In this document: positions 9,648 through 19,986 of the stretch, one piece after another
Numbering within the stretch: the first letter of the stretch is position 1
Layout: every line of letters begins with the position of its first letter
Origin: Patescibacteria group bacterium
GTDB taxonomy: Bacteria; Patescibacteriota; Minisyncoccia; UBA6257; 2-01-FULL-56-20
Direction: 5' to 3'
Assembly: GCA_038058095.1 (NCBI GenBank)
Contig: JBBUBW010000012.1
Location: forward strand, 1-45,063
Length of the DNA: 45,063 bases
The notes under the pieces: model-generated
Told to the model about the DNA's origin: nothing
The model's input: the letters and a program-made list of their open reading frames with translations, nothing else
The model's database searches: none
Position numbers and translations under genes: made by a program

Positions 9648-10913
9648 TTAAGAAAAATACAGTACTTTTCGGGATTTTAGACAATCGGCGGCGTATAAAT
9701 ACGCTCCGGCGGACCAGGCTTGGTAGGGAGAGGATGAGCCCTCAAGCTTGCCGGTTTTGCCGTCGAGCCATTCGTGGAATTGCCATTCCCCTTTCACGCC
9801 GAGGCGTTCAAAAGTGCTTGAATGTTCGAGTTGATCGAGTGGTCGCCCGAGAGAATTTGCTTTGGCTAGGAGTTCGAGTTCTTTTTGGGCTTTGTCGAAT
9901 TTTTTCATTTTAACTAAAACAACTACATAGAAACCGCCGATCATCGGCCAGATGCCCGCGTTTAGATAGTGGTACGCCTCGCGGGCTTCACATGCGTCGA
10001 AATATGAGTGCCATTCTTTATCCCCTTTTCGTATGGGCGGATAGATGGCCTTGCAGGGATAAGGGCGGTTGATTTTGCTTTTGTCGATATAGTTTAGAAT
10101 TTTATTCGCGATTTTTGGCGTGGCGAGACCGGTTACAATGGCTAAAAGATTGCCGAGGGTGTCAAACCAACTTTCCTGTTCTTTTTCTTTGGGTCCGTGA
10201 GATTTCCAAGCCCAAGGGCGATAGTAGCCGAGTTTTGAATCATAAAGTGAAAGATATTTTTCAATTTCGCCATTGACCACCTTTTTTAGATGCTCGGCTT
10301 GTTTATTTTTGCCGTACATTTTCAGAACGCCGTAGTAGAGAGCTTCGGTGTTTATGACTCGGCCGTATTTGTGCGGGAAGGCGTCTTCCCAGTCCATCGT
10401 TGGTTGTTGGACTAATAAGCTATCTTCGTTTGGGTCTTGATATTCGAGCCAAGTGAAGGCCGATTCAATGTTGCGCTTGTATTTTTTCAGTAAGGATTTA
10501 TCTTTGTAGCTTTCGGCGAAGACTTGCTGGCCGACGAGATACCAAAGAGTGGAATCAATGGAATTAAAAGTGACGTCCGAGCGACGTTCGGTGTTATAGG
10601 AGCCCACGGCGTTTGGGATTTGGCCGTGTTTGGATTGGTTTTGGGATAAAAGCTGAATACTCTTTAAAAAAGCAGTCTTCAGCTTTTGACTTATAGCATC
10701 GAACTTACGACTTACAACACTTAACGAGGCGACTCCTAAGCCAGTAATCATGCTATCGCGTGCCCAAGTGGCTTCGTAGCCGCCGGGAAGGCCGGAGGCG
10801 TAAAAGCCGGTTTTTTTGGCGCAGTGCATGAGAACCTCAATTGCCTTTTGGCAAGCAATTTCGGTTACGTTCGATTTGTTCGAATGTTGGAGTGCTCGAG
10901 TATGTGACTTCAT
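9648..10913 (-). CDS. Six-hairpin glycosidase (GH100 neutral invertase / amylo-alpha-1,6-glucosidase-like)
   Basis: WARDS, DSTLWY, DWED, YHYLNAGIWP, FHEWLDG, QAWSAG motifs. Confidence 0.85.
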   Translation of the reverse strand: MKSHTRALQHSNKSNVTEIACQKAIEVLMHCAKKTGFYASGLPGGYEATWARDSMITGLGVASLSVVSRKFDAISQKLKTAFLKSIQLLSQNQSKHGQIPNAVGSYNTERRSDVTFNSIDSTLWYLVGQQVFAESYKDKSLLKKYKRNIESAFTWLEYQDPNEDSLLVQQPTMDWEDAFPHKYGRVINTEALYYGVLKMYGKNKQAEHLKKVVNGEIEKYLSLYDSKLGYYRPWAWKSHGPKEKEQESWFDTLGNLLAIVTGLATPKIANKILNYIDKSKINRPYPCKAIYPPIRKGDKEWHSYFDACEAREAYHYLNAGIWPMIGGFYVVVLVKMKKFDKAQKELELLAKANSLGRPLDQLEHSSTFERLGVKGEWQFHEWLDGKTGKLEGSSSPYQAWSAGAYLYAADCLKSRKVLYFS

Positions 10914-10939
10914 AGATAAATTATAACATTATTTCAACG

Positions 10940-10964
10940 AAAAACCGCCTAGGTTGGCGGTTTT
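10940..10964 (-). terminator. Intrinsic terminator overlapping the stop of the 91-aa gene
   Basis: AAAACCGCC-TAGGTT-GGCGGTTTT inverted repeat. Confidence 0.75.
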
Positions 10965-11224
10965 AAGTCGTTGTACGTGGGGATGATTTGCAGAAGTTGG
11001 TAGACGAAAGTGAGTCCCACGATTATAAGGAGAGGTGCCTTGAGTGGGTCAAGGCTCCCTTGAATGTACAACACCAATGCCGTAAGTGCGATACCCGCAA
11101 TTCCAATCGAGAAGGAAATTCCTGCGGCTACGAGCGTTGTACTGCTATTACTTTTGATAACCCTGCGATAAATCGCGCAAGATTCAGCAATTAGTGCGAC
11201 AGAAATCAAAATCGTGACTAGCAT
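10949..11224 (-). CDS. Small hypothetical membrane protein (3 TM)
   Basis: 91-aa hydrophobic ORF with AAGGAG SD before the ATG and its own terminator. Confidence 0.7.
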   Translation of the reverse strand: MLVTILISVALIAESCAIYRRVIKSNSSTTLVAAGISFSIGIAGIALTALVLYIQGSLDPLKAPLLIIVGLTFVYQLLQIIPTYNDLKPPT

Positions 11225-11295
11225 ATGCTCTCCTTTTCTGGAAAGACGGGGTTTGCTGATTTAATTTATATCAGTTTAATTTAATTTTTTCAAAT

Positions 11296-11328
11296 AAAGA
11301 AAACCGCCCGGTGCGAGGCACGGGCGGT
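11296..11328 (-). terminator. Intrinsic terminator
   Basis: ACCGCCCG(G)TGC-GAG-GCACGGGCGGT hairpin followed by TTTCTTT on the minus strand. Confidence 0.75.
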
Positions 11329-11358
11329 GATTGATTTCTTCAGCCGACTCCATAGGGG

Positions 11359-11514
11359 CTATGGTAGTAAAAACATACCTACTACCCCTACTGACGCAAG
11401 AATCGCGCCTATGATCAGCCATTTGTGACCTTCGAGGTCGTCCATTGAGTGGATGCAAAAGAAAAACCCCACAATAACGAGGACCCCTCCCCACCACGAC
11501 TGCGGTGTTAGCAT
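11359..11514 (-). CDS. Small hypothetical membrane protein, 51 aa (2 TM)
   Basis: Start moved to ATG 11514 (MLTPQSWW...) behind an AAAGGAG SD; two hydrophobic helices; terminator downstream. Confidence 0.65.
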   Translation of the reverse strand: MLTPQSWWGGVLVIVGFFFCIHSMDDLEGHKWLIIGAILASVGVVGMFLLP

Positions 11515-11580
11515 AAAACTCACTCTCCTTTCGTGAATTGTCACAAACACAATAGTCACGTGATTGCCTTTGTCTAGATT

Positions 11581-11652
11581 CTAAAAAGATTTTACCTCTT
11601 CGAGAGCTAAACGTGCAAGTAGATATGAAATAGTGGATTCGGTGCTTTGGTT
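11581..11652 (-). pseudogene. Orphaned duplicate of the glycosyltransferase 3' end
   Basis: Translates NQSTESTISYLLARLALEEVKSF* versus NQGAESTISYLLARLALEEIKQSS* at 11992-12066. Confidence 0.9.
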
Positions 11653-11953
11653 ATCTTTTGGATTTTTCAATAGCAATAAGCCTTTTTTCAAATGATTCAA
11701 GGCGGTTTTCAAATTTACTTATTACGTGTTCCATAATTGCCCTCACGGCATTTAAGATGTCGTGGTTGCTTTGTTTAATTTCATGTATTTCTTCCATTAT
11801 TCGCTCAAATCGTTCATCTATCAGAGCAAATCTTTCATCAATTTTGACGAACCTTTCATCGATTTTATCAAATCTTTTATTAACGCGCGAAAACTCCTGC
11901 TGGGTTATTTGAGCTAGTCTATCAAGAGTCATTTTTGATACCTTAGTTTTCAT
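11651..11953 (-). CDS. Hypothetical coiled-coil protein
   Basis: 100 aa with heptad repeats RFDKIDE-RFVKIDE-RFALIDE-RFERIME; TTGACA-16-TAAAAT promoter 7 nt before the ATG. Confidence 0.8.
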   Translation of the reverse strand: MKTKVSKMTLDRLAQITQQEFSRVNKRFDKIDERFVKIDERFALIDERFERIMEEIHEIKQSNHDILNAVRAIMEHVISKFENRLESFEKRLIAIEKSKR

Positions 11954-11991
11954 AAAGTTAATTTTATGCCCGAAACCTAGGTTGTCAATGG

Positions 11992-14208
11992 TTAGGATGA
12001 TTGTTTAATTTCCTCTAATGCCAACCTGGCGAGCAAATACGAAATAGTGGATTCGGCGCCTTGGTTTAGGTTAATGGCGTATTGGCCCACGCCGTCGTAG
12101 CAACCGCCGCTCACTTCATCGTAGACCATTTGGTTAAGGTGGTTTTTGCCGAGGAACCAGTTGAAGACGCGATAGGCGCCTTTTAGATATTTCTTATCCC
12201 CGGTGGTTTTATACGCCACAACTTTGGTTTCAACCATAGTGGCGGTTTCTTCTGGTTGCTGGTCAAAATAAGCGCGTTTGCGGTTACGGACATACCAGCC
12301 GTTTTGGCCGATGGGGGCGTAGTGTTCTTGCTCGAAGGTAATCTGCCGTAGGAATTCGAGAGTCTTTTTCGCGACTTCGAGATATTTTTCATCTTTTAGG
12401 AGGTCGTAGGCATAGAAAAGGCATTCTGGAAGTTTACTATTTGAATAAGTGAGCTGATCTTCAAACCAATTCCAATCTTCGGCGGCGAAATTTTTATACA
12501 GCTCGACTTGGCGGTCGGCCATTTTTTTGAAATTCTGGGTAAGTTTTTTATTAGGAAAACTTTTTAGGTAATGATAAATGCCAGTCATCGCGAAAGCTGT
12601 GGCTCGAGGTGATTTTATTTTCAGCAAAGGATTGAGCGCCTTCAAGAAAAGTTTTTGAGCTTGATTGCGAATTTTCTCTGGCAAAAGGTTCTCGGAGCTC
12701 GCAAAACCTAAAGCCCAAATGGCGCGGCCTTGGACATCTTCGTCGGTGGTGCCGTCTTTCACTTTTTGATAAGAAACAACGTTAGCAAAGGTGCCGGTGG
12801 GACGTTGGGCAAATTTTACGAAGTTTAAATAGGTTTGAATGATTTTTTCTAAATCTTCAGAGGGGGCGAGTTTGTAATTTTTAACCGCTACGATTATGGC
12901 GCGGGCGTTGTCGTCTAAACTGTAGCCGTAACGTCTTTCGGGTTTGGAATATTTGGCGAAGTGGAAGACGCCAAAGTTATCGGTTAAGCGTTTTAAGTGA
13001 TCGAGTTTAAGTTCGGGAAGTTTGTCTTCTTCGGCTTCGAGATCGGCGAAGTTTTTGTAAAGATTGAAGTAGGAGGTAGCAACGTTTGGCCACGTCATCG
13101 GGCGGGTGTGTTCGTAGGCCTCGCGCCCCATGCCTTTGATACGCTTTTCATCGGGAATGAGTTCGTTTAATGCTTTAGTGATGGCGGAGGCACTTCTTAC
13201 CGGAACTAGATAACCGGTTTGAGGGGCGACTAAAAATCGCGCGTATGAGGTTTCGGTCGCTATTACTGGCCGGCCGCAACCCATCGCGTATGACAAGGTT
13301 CCGCTGACCGATTGGCCTTCATCGACAGTGGGCGAAAGGTAGATGTCAGTCGCTTTAAGGTAAGATGTGAGCTCTCCGAGTTCGAGGTATTTATTGTAAA
13401 AACGAACGTGATTCTCGAGTCCAAGTTTTTGAATTTCTTGGATCAGGGCGTTTCGATAAACTTCCCCTTTTTCCTTTACGATATTCGGGTGAGTGGCGCC
13501 GATAACCAGATAAATAACATTCGGAAACTTGGCAACGATTTCAGGGAGGGCTCGAATGGCGTATTGGATACCTTTGTTTGGACTTAGGAGGCCGAAGGTG
13601 GAAAGAACTATTTTCCCTTCCAGCCCCAATTCGGTTTTGTATTTTTCACTAGGTTCCAGGGGAACCTGCGGAATGCCGTGGGGAATGATGGCTATTTTTG
13701 CTTGAGGAATTTGATATTCTGAAACTAAAACTTTTTCAGAAAGCGAATTCATGACGATGAGCGCTTTTGCTTTTTCGGCAATTAATTGGACGGTGTTTTT
13801 GAGTTCATCGTCGGGATTTTCTAGAACCGAATGGAAGGTGACAACAATAGGTTTTTCGATAACTTGAAGAAATGGAATGAGGTAGTCGCCCCAGCTTCCG
13901 CCAAAAAGACCGAACTCGTGCTGGATGTTTACGATTTTAATTTCAGGGCGGGAGTTAAGTTCTTTCGCTAGGTTAACATAGTAGCCGATTTCGTTTGAAT
14001 TAATCTCGTCGATGACTTTCTTGGTGTTGTAATTATAGAAGTTGGTCGGGTTTTCTTTAAGGGCGACGATTCGGGACTTGACCGCTGGGTTGAATTTGTG
14101 ATCGAAGGCGTTCGTAATATCTTGGGTAAAAGTGGCAATACCGCACTCTCTAGGCGGGTAGGAGCTTATATGAACAATATAATTCGTCTTTTTATCGAAC
14201 GGCTGCAT
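11992..14208 (-). CDS. GT4 glycosyltransferase fused to a C-terminal six-hairpin glycosidase-like domain
   Basis: SSYPPRECGIATF, QHEFGLFGG, SGTLSYAMGCGRPVI (GT4); GYSLDDNARA, FDQQPEE, NLNQGAEST (C-terminal domain); start placed just after the upstream stop, alternative start 14247. Confidence 0.9.
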   Translation of the reverse strand: MQPFDKKTNYIVHISSYPPRECGIATFTQDITNAFDHKFNPAVKSRIVALKENPTNFYNYNTKKVIDEINSNEIGYYVNLAKELNSRPEIKIVNIQHEFGLFGGSWGDYLIPFLQVIEKPIVVTFHSVLENPDDELKNTVQLIAEKAKALIVMNSLSEKVLVSEYQIPQAKIAIIPHGIPQVPLEPSEKYKTELGLEGKIVLSTFGLLSPNKGIQYAIRALPEIVAKFPNVIYLVIGATHPNIVKEKGEVYRNALIQEIQKLGLENHVRFYNKYLELGELTSYLKATDIYLSPTVDEGQSVSGTLSYAMGCGRPVIATETSYARFLVAPQTGYLVPVRSASAITKALNELIPDEKRIKGMGREAYEHTRPMTWPNVATSYFNLYKNFADLEAEEDKLPELKLDHLKRLTDNFGVFHFAKYSKPERRYGYSLDDNARAIIVAVKNYKLAPSEDLEKIIQTYLNFVKFAQRPTGTFANVVSYQKVKDGTTDEDVQGRAIWALGFASSENLLPEKIRNQAQKLFLKALNPLLKIKSPRATAFAMTGIYHYLKSFPNKKLTQNFKKMADRQVELYKNFAAEDWNWFEDQLTYSNSKLPECLFYAYDLLKDEKYLEVAKKTLEFLRQITFEQEHYAPIGQNGWYVRNRKRAYFDQQPEETATMVETKVVAYKTTGDKKYLKGAYRVFNWFLGKNHLNQMVYDEVSGGCYDGVGQYAINLNQGAESTISYLLARLALEEIKQSS

Positions 14209-14209
14209 G

Positions 14210-15259
14210 TTAAAATGTATGCGTTTTGGCCTTGGTGACGATTTCACTGACGAGCTCTTTTAAACTAACCTTAGCGACAGCGATGAATTTGTCGGCGGCG
14301 CCGTAGTAGATGTAGAGATCATCACCGAAGAGGGCGGTGCCGGTCGGGAAAGTTACGTTTGAAACCAGACCGCGACGTTCCCAATCTTGATCCGGAGAGA
14401 AGAGTGGATAGTGGAGGCGGCCTAAGTATTTCAGCGGATCTTTTTTGCTCACCAGCGCGGCTGCGGCGTGGTAGATGCGATCTTTGTTTAGCTCTTCGAC
14501 TCCATGATAAATTATAAGCCAACCGTGTTTAGTTTCAATAGGCGGAGCGCCGCCGCCGATGTTTCGCGACTCGAACCAGTATTTGTTCTCGAGCACGACG
14601 TATTTGGCTAGATTTTTTAGATACTTGAGCCAATATTCTTTTGATTGAAGCTGCTTAAAATTATCGAAGTAGATGAGCTGGATGTCGGGAAGGATGCGAT
14701 GAAGAAGGGCAAATTTACCATTTATTTTTTTCGGGAAGAGAATGCCGTCTTTTTCCCATAGATAAACGTCTTTGCCACCGTATTCTTCATAATATGACTC
14801 GAACATAAAGTAACGGTCTTTGAGTTTTTCATTGCGGAAGATGTGTCCGACACGATCGTAGGTGATTTTTGGAGTTATTAGTCCTTTTCGGTCGAAGGTT
14901 TTTAAATCTTTACTGGTAGCGTAGGCAGAAAGGGCGTTTTTGCCATCATGTGCCACATAGGTCATATAAAAGGTGTCTCCGATTTTAGAAATTCTAGGAT
15001 CCTCCATCCCCTTCTTCTCATAGGGATATTTGCCTTCTAAAATCGGTTTGTCCCATCGCTCAACAACTTTAGTTGGGCCTTTTAATTTGGCGTAGCCGAT
15101 TGACGAGTTCATACGTTTATCGACAGCTCGATAAAAGACGTGCACAAATTCCCCTTCTTGATAGACGCCGGGATTTAGAACCGAACGATTTTCGAACTGA
15201 TTTTCAGTTGGCGCCAAGACGATGCCAAGCTTTTCAACTTTAACTTTCCCTCGTTGCAT
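14210..15259 (-). CDS. Glycoside hydrolase family 130 protein (close paralog of 8613-9641)
   Basis: VLNPGVYQEGEFVH, GMEDPRI, LHRILPDIQ, GGGAPP, TFPTG, YYGAAD motifs. Confidence 0.93.
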   Translation of the reverse strand: MQRGKVKVEKLGIVLAPTENQFENRSVLNPGVYQEGEFVHVFYRAVDKRMNSSIGYAKLKGPTKVVERWDKPILEGKYPYEKKGMEDPRISKIGDTFYMTYVAHDGKNALSAYATSKDLKTFDRKGLITPKITYDRVGHIFRNEKLKDRYFMFESYYEEYGGKDVYLWEKDGILFPKKINGKFALLHRILPDIQLIYFDNFKQLQSKEYWLKYLKNLAKYVVLENKYWFESRNIGGGAPPIETKHGWLIIYHGVEELNKDRIYHAAAALVSKKDPLKYLGRLHYPLFSPDQDWERRGLVSNVTFPTGTALFGDDLYIYYGAADKFIAVAKVSLKELVSEIVTKAKTHTF

Positions 15260-15332
15260 ACGCGCAGGGTGTAAGTTAATTGTACTCTAGCTACGCTTAA
15301 ATGAAAGCGCTGGAGTGTTTATAAGTCGGTTG

Positions 15333-15406
15333 TGCGCCCACTAGGATTTGAACCTAGGACCATCTCCTTAAAAGGGAGCTGCTCTACCGGACTGAGCTAT
15401 GGGCGC
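15333..15406 (-). tRNA. tRNA-Lys (anticodon TTT), CCA not encoded
   Basis: GCGCCCA/TGGGCGC acceptor stem, GCTC/GAGC D arm, CTTTTAA anticodon loop, CTAGG-TTCAAAT-CCTAG T arm. Confidence 0.97.
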
Positions 15407-15433
15407 AAATCAATTAAAACGGTTCGAGGGTTA

Positions 15434-16510
15434 TTATAGCTCTTTTTCTAAATCTTCCAATAGCTTCTTGGCTTTGGCGCCCGGTTTCTTGGGAGCGCGA
15501 ACTAGAAACTTAATAAGAAGATCGCCGCGGCCGTAACTGCCGAAATGAGGCATACCTTCGCCCTTAACCCGCAGATCTTCTCTTAGATCGAAGTGAGCCG
15601 GAATATCCAAATTGATTTTCCCGCCTTGAATGGTGGTGATTTCAACTTTTTTTCCTAACAAAAGGTCGACTACGTTTAGTTCTTTTCTAGTGATCAAATC
15701 GTCTCCGTGCCTAAGGAAAATGCTATGCGATTTTATTCTGATTCGAAGATAAAGATCGCCTTCAGTAGCGCCTCTCTCCCCTGCTTCGCCCATTTTTTTG
15801 AGCTGGATGATTTGGTTATCCTGAATGCCGGGTAAAATTTCCACCGAAACTTCTCGCTCCGCTGACTTGCGTCCGCTTCCACGGCAAACGGAGCAAACTT
15901 TGTTTGGAATTTGGCCTTGGCCGTGGCAGTTTTGACACGGCTTAACTTGATAGAAGCTGCCAAAGAATGTCCGACTTTGTTCTTTTATTTCTCCTTGGCC
16001 GGCGCAGGTGTTACAGGTAGTAAAACCCGATGTAGCATCGGCTCCTTTTCCAGAACAAGCCTCACAACGAATATGGCTCGCGATTTTAAATTTTTTCACA
16101 CTACCCCTGAAGGCTTCTTCTAGACTAATTTCAAGACCAACTTCGATATCCGAACCGCGCTGATAGGTTTTTTTCTTTGGTTTCACCCCGAGCCCTTCGA
16201 AAAAACTGTCAAAAATCTCGCCAAGGTCGCCGAGGTCTGAATAGGAACCATCCCCGCTTTGAGCGCCGTAAGAGCTAAAGCCCTCAAAACCGCTGCTGTT
16301 AAACGGATTTGCCGAGCCAAAACGATCGTATTGCGAGCGTTTATTTTTATCCGAAAGAGTTTGATAGGCTTCATTTATCTCTTTGAATTTTTCGCTATTG
16401 CCGCTTTTTTTGTCAGGATGATGCTCGTGCGCAAGTTTGCGATAAGCTTTTTTAATTTCCTCATCAGTCGCGCTGCGGCCAACGCCGAGAATTTCGTAAT
16501 AGTCTCTCAT
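15434..16510 (-). CDS. dnaJ: Chaperone DnaJ
   Basis: Start [12 protein letters not shown] motif, four CxxCxGxG repeats. Confidence 0.97.
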   Translation of the reverse strand: MRDYYEILGVGRSATDEEIKKAYRKLAHEHHPDKKSGNSEKFKEINEAYQTLSDKNKRSQYDRFGSANPFNSSGFEGFSSYGAQSGDGSYSDLGDLGEIFDSFFEGLGVKPKKKTYQRGSDIEVGLEISLEEAFRGSVKKFKIASHIRCEACSGKGADATSGFTTCNTCAGQGEIKEQSRTFFGSFYQVKPCQNCHGQGQIPNKVCSVCRGSGRKSAEREVSVEILPGIQDNQIIQLKKMGEAGERGATEGDLYLRIRIKSHSIFLRHGDDLITRKELNVVDLLLGKKVEITTIQGGKINLDIPAHFDLREDLRVKGEGMPHFGSYGRGDLLIKFLVRAPKKPGAKAKKLLEDLEKEL

Positions 16511-16511
16511 T

Positions 16512-17510
16512 TTAGAGGGTGAGTGTCTCTTTGGTTCTGGTTTCGCCGGCAACAAAGATAAAATTTAGCGCTAGCATTAAATGAATAAGGACGTAAATAA
16601 TTATGGCGATTATAGGCACTAAAATGACGCCAAAGCTTCTTACGGCAAGAAAAAGCAGGATCGTCCAAACAAGCCGAAATTCAGCGCTATGTTCATTCTT
16701 TAATCTTTCGATATTGGAGGTGACAATACTATAAGCAACATCACTCACGCTTTCGCTTGGTTTGGCGTCGGTTTTTACTTTCGTGGAAATATTTTGCAAG
16801 ATGACTTTCGCCGCTTCTTTGGTGGTCTTTTCTTGAATTGGAACCGGCAAGGCTTCAAAGCCGGGGATTTTCTGCGTCTGAGAGAAGGCTAGGTCTTCCG
16901 CAAAATCCGTGATTGTGCCGCGGAGGTTGACACCGGGATAAATTTTTTCAACGACGCCGGCCGTCCAACTGAAAAACCCATCGAAGGTCGCTCGGGAAAT
17001 AAAGTTTTCGCGAACATTGAATTTAGGAAAGTAAATTATGATTACCATCAAGACAACGGCACTCACGAGCTTGGCGCCTCTGGCCCGAGCCACTTTGAAA
17101 TAATTCGGTTCCATCGTGTTGGCTATTTCGGTGCGGCTGTTGATTTCTCCCCAAACCGAAAAAAGCAAGGAAACTCCCATAGCGGTTACAAGCAAGCCGC
17201 TTGGCAGGGTATAGAAGAAAGCGAAAAGCGCGGCAATCTCCAAAACAACCACTAGAGTTCGGCGCTTAAGATTTTTTATAAGGATTGTTTCAAGAATCGA
17301 GAAGATTAAGAAGACTGCGAGCGCAATAGTAGGAAACCAAAAAGACGCTTTGCCAGCGAGATAGGCGTAGTAGCTATAACTAAAAACTCCAGCCGAAATA
17401 ACCGAAAGAGAGTCGAGGATGATGGCTTTATAAAACCCCCTCGGCATACTTTCCCTTTCCATCGGAATCTGCTTAATAAAATTTTCTGAAGGAGGGGCTC
17501 CTAGTATCAT
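16512..17510 (-). CDS. Hypothetical multi-pass membrane protein
   Basis: 332-aa ORF with about 6 hydrophobic segments filling the dnaK-dnaJ gap; start uncertain. Confidence 0.8.
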   Translation of the reverse strand: MILGAPPSENFIKQIPMERESMPRGFYKAIILDSLSVISAGVFSYSYYAYLAGKASFWFPTIALAVFLIFSILETILIKNLKRRTLVVVLEIAALFAFFYTLPSGLLVTAMGVSLLFSVWGEINSRTEIANTMEPNYFKVARARGAKLVSAVVLMVIIIYFPKFNVRENFISRATFDGFFSWTAGVVEKIYPGVNLRGTITDFAEDLAFSQTQKIPGFEALPVPIQEKTTKEAAKVILQNISTKVKTDAKPSESVSDVAYSIVTSNIERLKNEHSAEFRLVWTILLFLAVRSFGVILVPIIAIIIYVLIHLMLALNFIFVAGETRTKETLTL

Positions 17511-17536
17511 AGAGAAGACTTTGGTTTTTACTTCAA

Positions 17537-19435
17537 TTAGCTTTGGCTCGGTTCGCCTTGGGTTGGTTCCGGATTTTCTTCCAGGTTCTCAGGTTTTGGT
17601 TCTTCGCTTGGTTTATTATCTTGATTATACATTGTTTGCCCGATTTTTTGAATCTCAGCAGAAAGGTTCGCTAAGGCGCTTTTTATCTCTTCTAGATTAT
17701 CCCCTTCTTTAGCTTTCTTTAAGATCTCAATTTTTTCCGTGACTCCCTTTTTGACGTCTTCTGGAACTTTATCGCCAGCTTCGCGAAGTGATTTCTCCGA
17801 GAGATAGAGGGTGCTTTCGGCCTGATTTTTGGTTTCAATTAAGTCTTTTTTTTGCGCGTCTTCTACGGCGTGCTCCGCAGCTTCACGTTTTAATTTTTCA
17901 ATTTCGTCTTTTGAAAGGTTGGTTGAGGCCTCAATTTTGACCGACTGGGTTTTTCCGCTAGCTTTATCTTTCGCGGATACGCTAAGGATGCCGTTGGCGT
18001 CAATGTCGAAAGTGACTTCAACTTGCGGAACTCCGCGAGGCGACGGAGGAATGCCATCTAAAATAAATCGAGCTAAGGTTTTATTATCTTGCGCCATCGG
18101 CCGTTCGCCTTGAAGAACGTGGACTTCGACCGAAGTTTGATTGTCGGCGGCGGTTGAGAAGACCTGTGTTTTGGCGGTGGGAACAGTGGTATTTTTTTGA
18201 ATCATCGGGGTAGCGACGCTGCCTAAGGTTTCGATGCTTAAGGTGAGGGGTGTGACGTCTAAAAGCAGAATATCTTTTACGTCACCTTGAAGAATTCCGG
18301 CTTGAATGGCCGCGCCGATTGCCACCACTTCGTCTGGATTAACACCTTTATGCGGTTCTTTACCGAAAAGTTTTTTTACGGCATCAGAGATGGCCGGCAT
18401 GCGAGTTTGGCCTCCAACCAGAATAACTTCATTAATTTCGGAAAATTTAAAACCAGCGCCTTTGGGAGCAGGAGCGGTGACGGTTTCTTCGGTGAGTTTG
18501 ATGGAACGGTCAATATATTCTCGAACCAACTCTTCGAGTTTAGCCCGAGAGAGCTTCATACTAAAGTGTTTTGGCCCAGAAGCGTCTGAGGTGACATAGG
18601 GTAAATTGATTTCGGTTTCGATGGCGGTTGAAAGTTCGTGTTTGGCGCGTTCGGTGGCTTCTTTGAGCCGCTGAAGGGCGAGCGGATCTTTAGAGATATC
18701 AATCCCCTCTTGTTTTTTGTATTCCGCTACGAGATATTCGTTAATTTTTTTGTCGAAATCGTCTCCGCCGAGATGAGTGTCTCCGCCGGTGGCTTTGACT
18801 TCAACGATATTGTCCCCCACTTCCAAAACAGAAATATCAAAAGTGCCACCGCCAAAATCGTAGACGACAATTTTTTCGTTCTTTTGTTTATCAAGACCGT
18901 AAGCCAAAGCGGCCGCCGTGGGTTCATTAACAATTCTCGCGACTTTAAGGCCGGCTATTTCGCCGGCGTTTTTGGTGGCCTGCCTCTGCGAATCGTCGAA
19001 ATATGCAGGGACAGTAATCACTGCCTCGTCTATTTTTTCTCCAAGTTTCGTCTCGGCATCGCTTTTGAGTTTGGCTAGAACCATAGCTGAAATTTCCTCC
19101 GGCTTGTACCATTTATCACCCATCTTGATTTCAATACTGCCGGTAACCGATTTTTGAATATCGAACGGCAACCAAGCCTTATCGCGTGCCACTTCCAGAT
19201 CGTCAAATTTCCGGCCTATAAGACGCTTGATTGAGTAAATGGTGTTTTTAGGATTGGTAACAGATTGGCGTTTTGCGAGAAGACCGACAAGGCGCTCATT
19301 GGATTTACTCGTCGCGACGATTGAGGGCGTGGTGCGGTTGCCTTCCGTGCTTTCCAAGACCTCCGGACTACCGCCGCGCATAACAGCGACAGCAGAGTTT
19401 GTGGTTCCAAGATCGATTCCTATAATTTTACCCAT
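17537..19435 (-). CDS. dnaK: Chaperone DnaK
   Basis: [34 protein letters not shown] motifs. Confidence 0.99.
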   Translation of the reverse strand: MGKIIGIDLGTTNSAVAVMRGGSPEVLESTEGNRTTPSIVATSKSNERLVGLLAKRQSVTNPKNTIYSIKRLIGRKFDDLEVARDKAWLPFDIQKSVTGSIEIKMGDKWYKPEEISAMVLAKLKSDAETKLGEKIDEAVITVPAYFDDSQRQATKNAGEIAGLKVARIVNEPTAAALAYGLDKQKNEKIVVYDFGGGTFDISVLEVGDNIVEVKATGGDTHLGGDDFDKKINEYLVAEYKKQEGIDISKDPLALQRLKEATERAKHELSTAIETEINLPYVTSDASGPKHFSMKLSRAKLEELVREYIDRSIKLTEETVTAPAPKGAGFKFSEINEVILVGGQTRMPAISDAVKKLFGKEPHKGVNPDEVVAIGAAIQAGILQGDVKDILLLDVTPLTLSIETLGSVATPMIQKNTTVPTAKTQVFSTAADNQTSVEVHVLQGERPMAQDNKTLARFILDGIPPSPRGVPQVEVTFDIDANGILSVSAKDKASGKTQSVKIEASTNLSKDEIEKLKREAAEHAVEDAQKKDLIETKNQAESTLYLSEKSLREAGDKVPEDVKKGVTEKIEILKKAKEGDNLEEIKSALANLSAEIQKIGQTMYNQDNKPSEEPKPENLEENPEPTQGEPSQS

Positions 19436-19464
19436 ATGTTTATTTTGTTTTTATGATTTTTTAT

Positions 19465-19986
19465 TTAAGACGACTGGTTTTTTGAGATTCGGACCCGCGC
19501 GGGCCTTATGATTTTATCATAGAGTTTGTAGCCGATCTCAATTATATCAACAACTGTTCCGGGCGGTCTTTCTGATTCCATTTCACTTAAGGCTTCGGCT
19601 ATCTGGGGATTGAATTCATCTCCGGGCTTGATTTCGATTTTTTCAAGACCACGTTTTTTTAGAACATCGAAGATTTGTGAACGGATCATGTAAATTCCCC
19701 TTTCGACCGGACCAGGTTTTTCTAAAGCAGAGAGACTGAGATCAAAATTGTCCATAATATTGATGAGTTCATAAATTAGATCCTCAAGGCCATATTTGCC
19801 GATTTCCTCAAGGCGCCTAAGTTCTTCTTTTTTGTAATTGATGAAGTCGGCTTTAGCTCTTTGCCATCCAGAAAGATATTCATCTCTCATTTTTTCCGCT
19901 TGAGCTAGTTTTTCTTTTAATACTTCTGATTCATTATTATCACCCGCGACACCGTCTATTGAATTTTTATTTTCGTTTTCCTCCAT
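19465..19986 (-). CDS. grpE: Nucleotide exchange factor GrpE
   Basis: RAKADFINYKK, FNPQIAEA, GYKLYDKIIRPARV; between hrcA and dnaK. Confidence 0.96.
   Translation of the reverse strand: MEENENKNSIDGVAGDNNESEVLKEKLAQAEKMRDEYLSGWQRAKADFINYKKEELRRLEEIGKYGLEDLIYELINIMDNFDLSLSALEKPGPVERGIYMIRSQIFDVLKKRGLEKIEIKPGDEFNPQIAEALSEMESERPPGTVVDIIEIGYKLYDKIIRPARVRISKNQSS

Noticed and set aside
15333-15406. tRNA-Lys as the attachment site of an island containing the glycan cluster
   Set aside because: No duplicate of the tRNA 3' end and no integrase seen in the window
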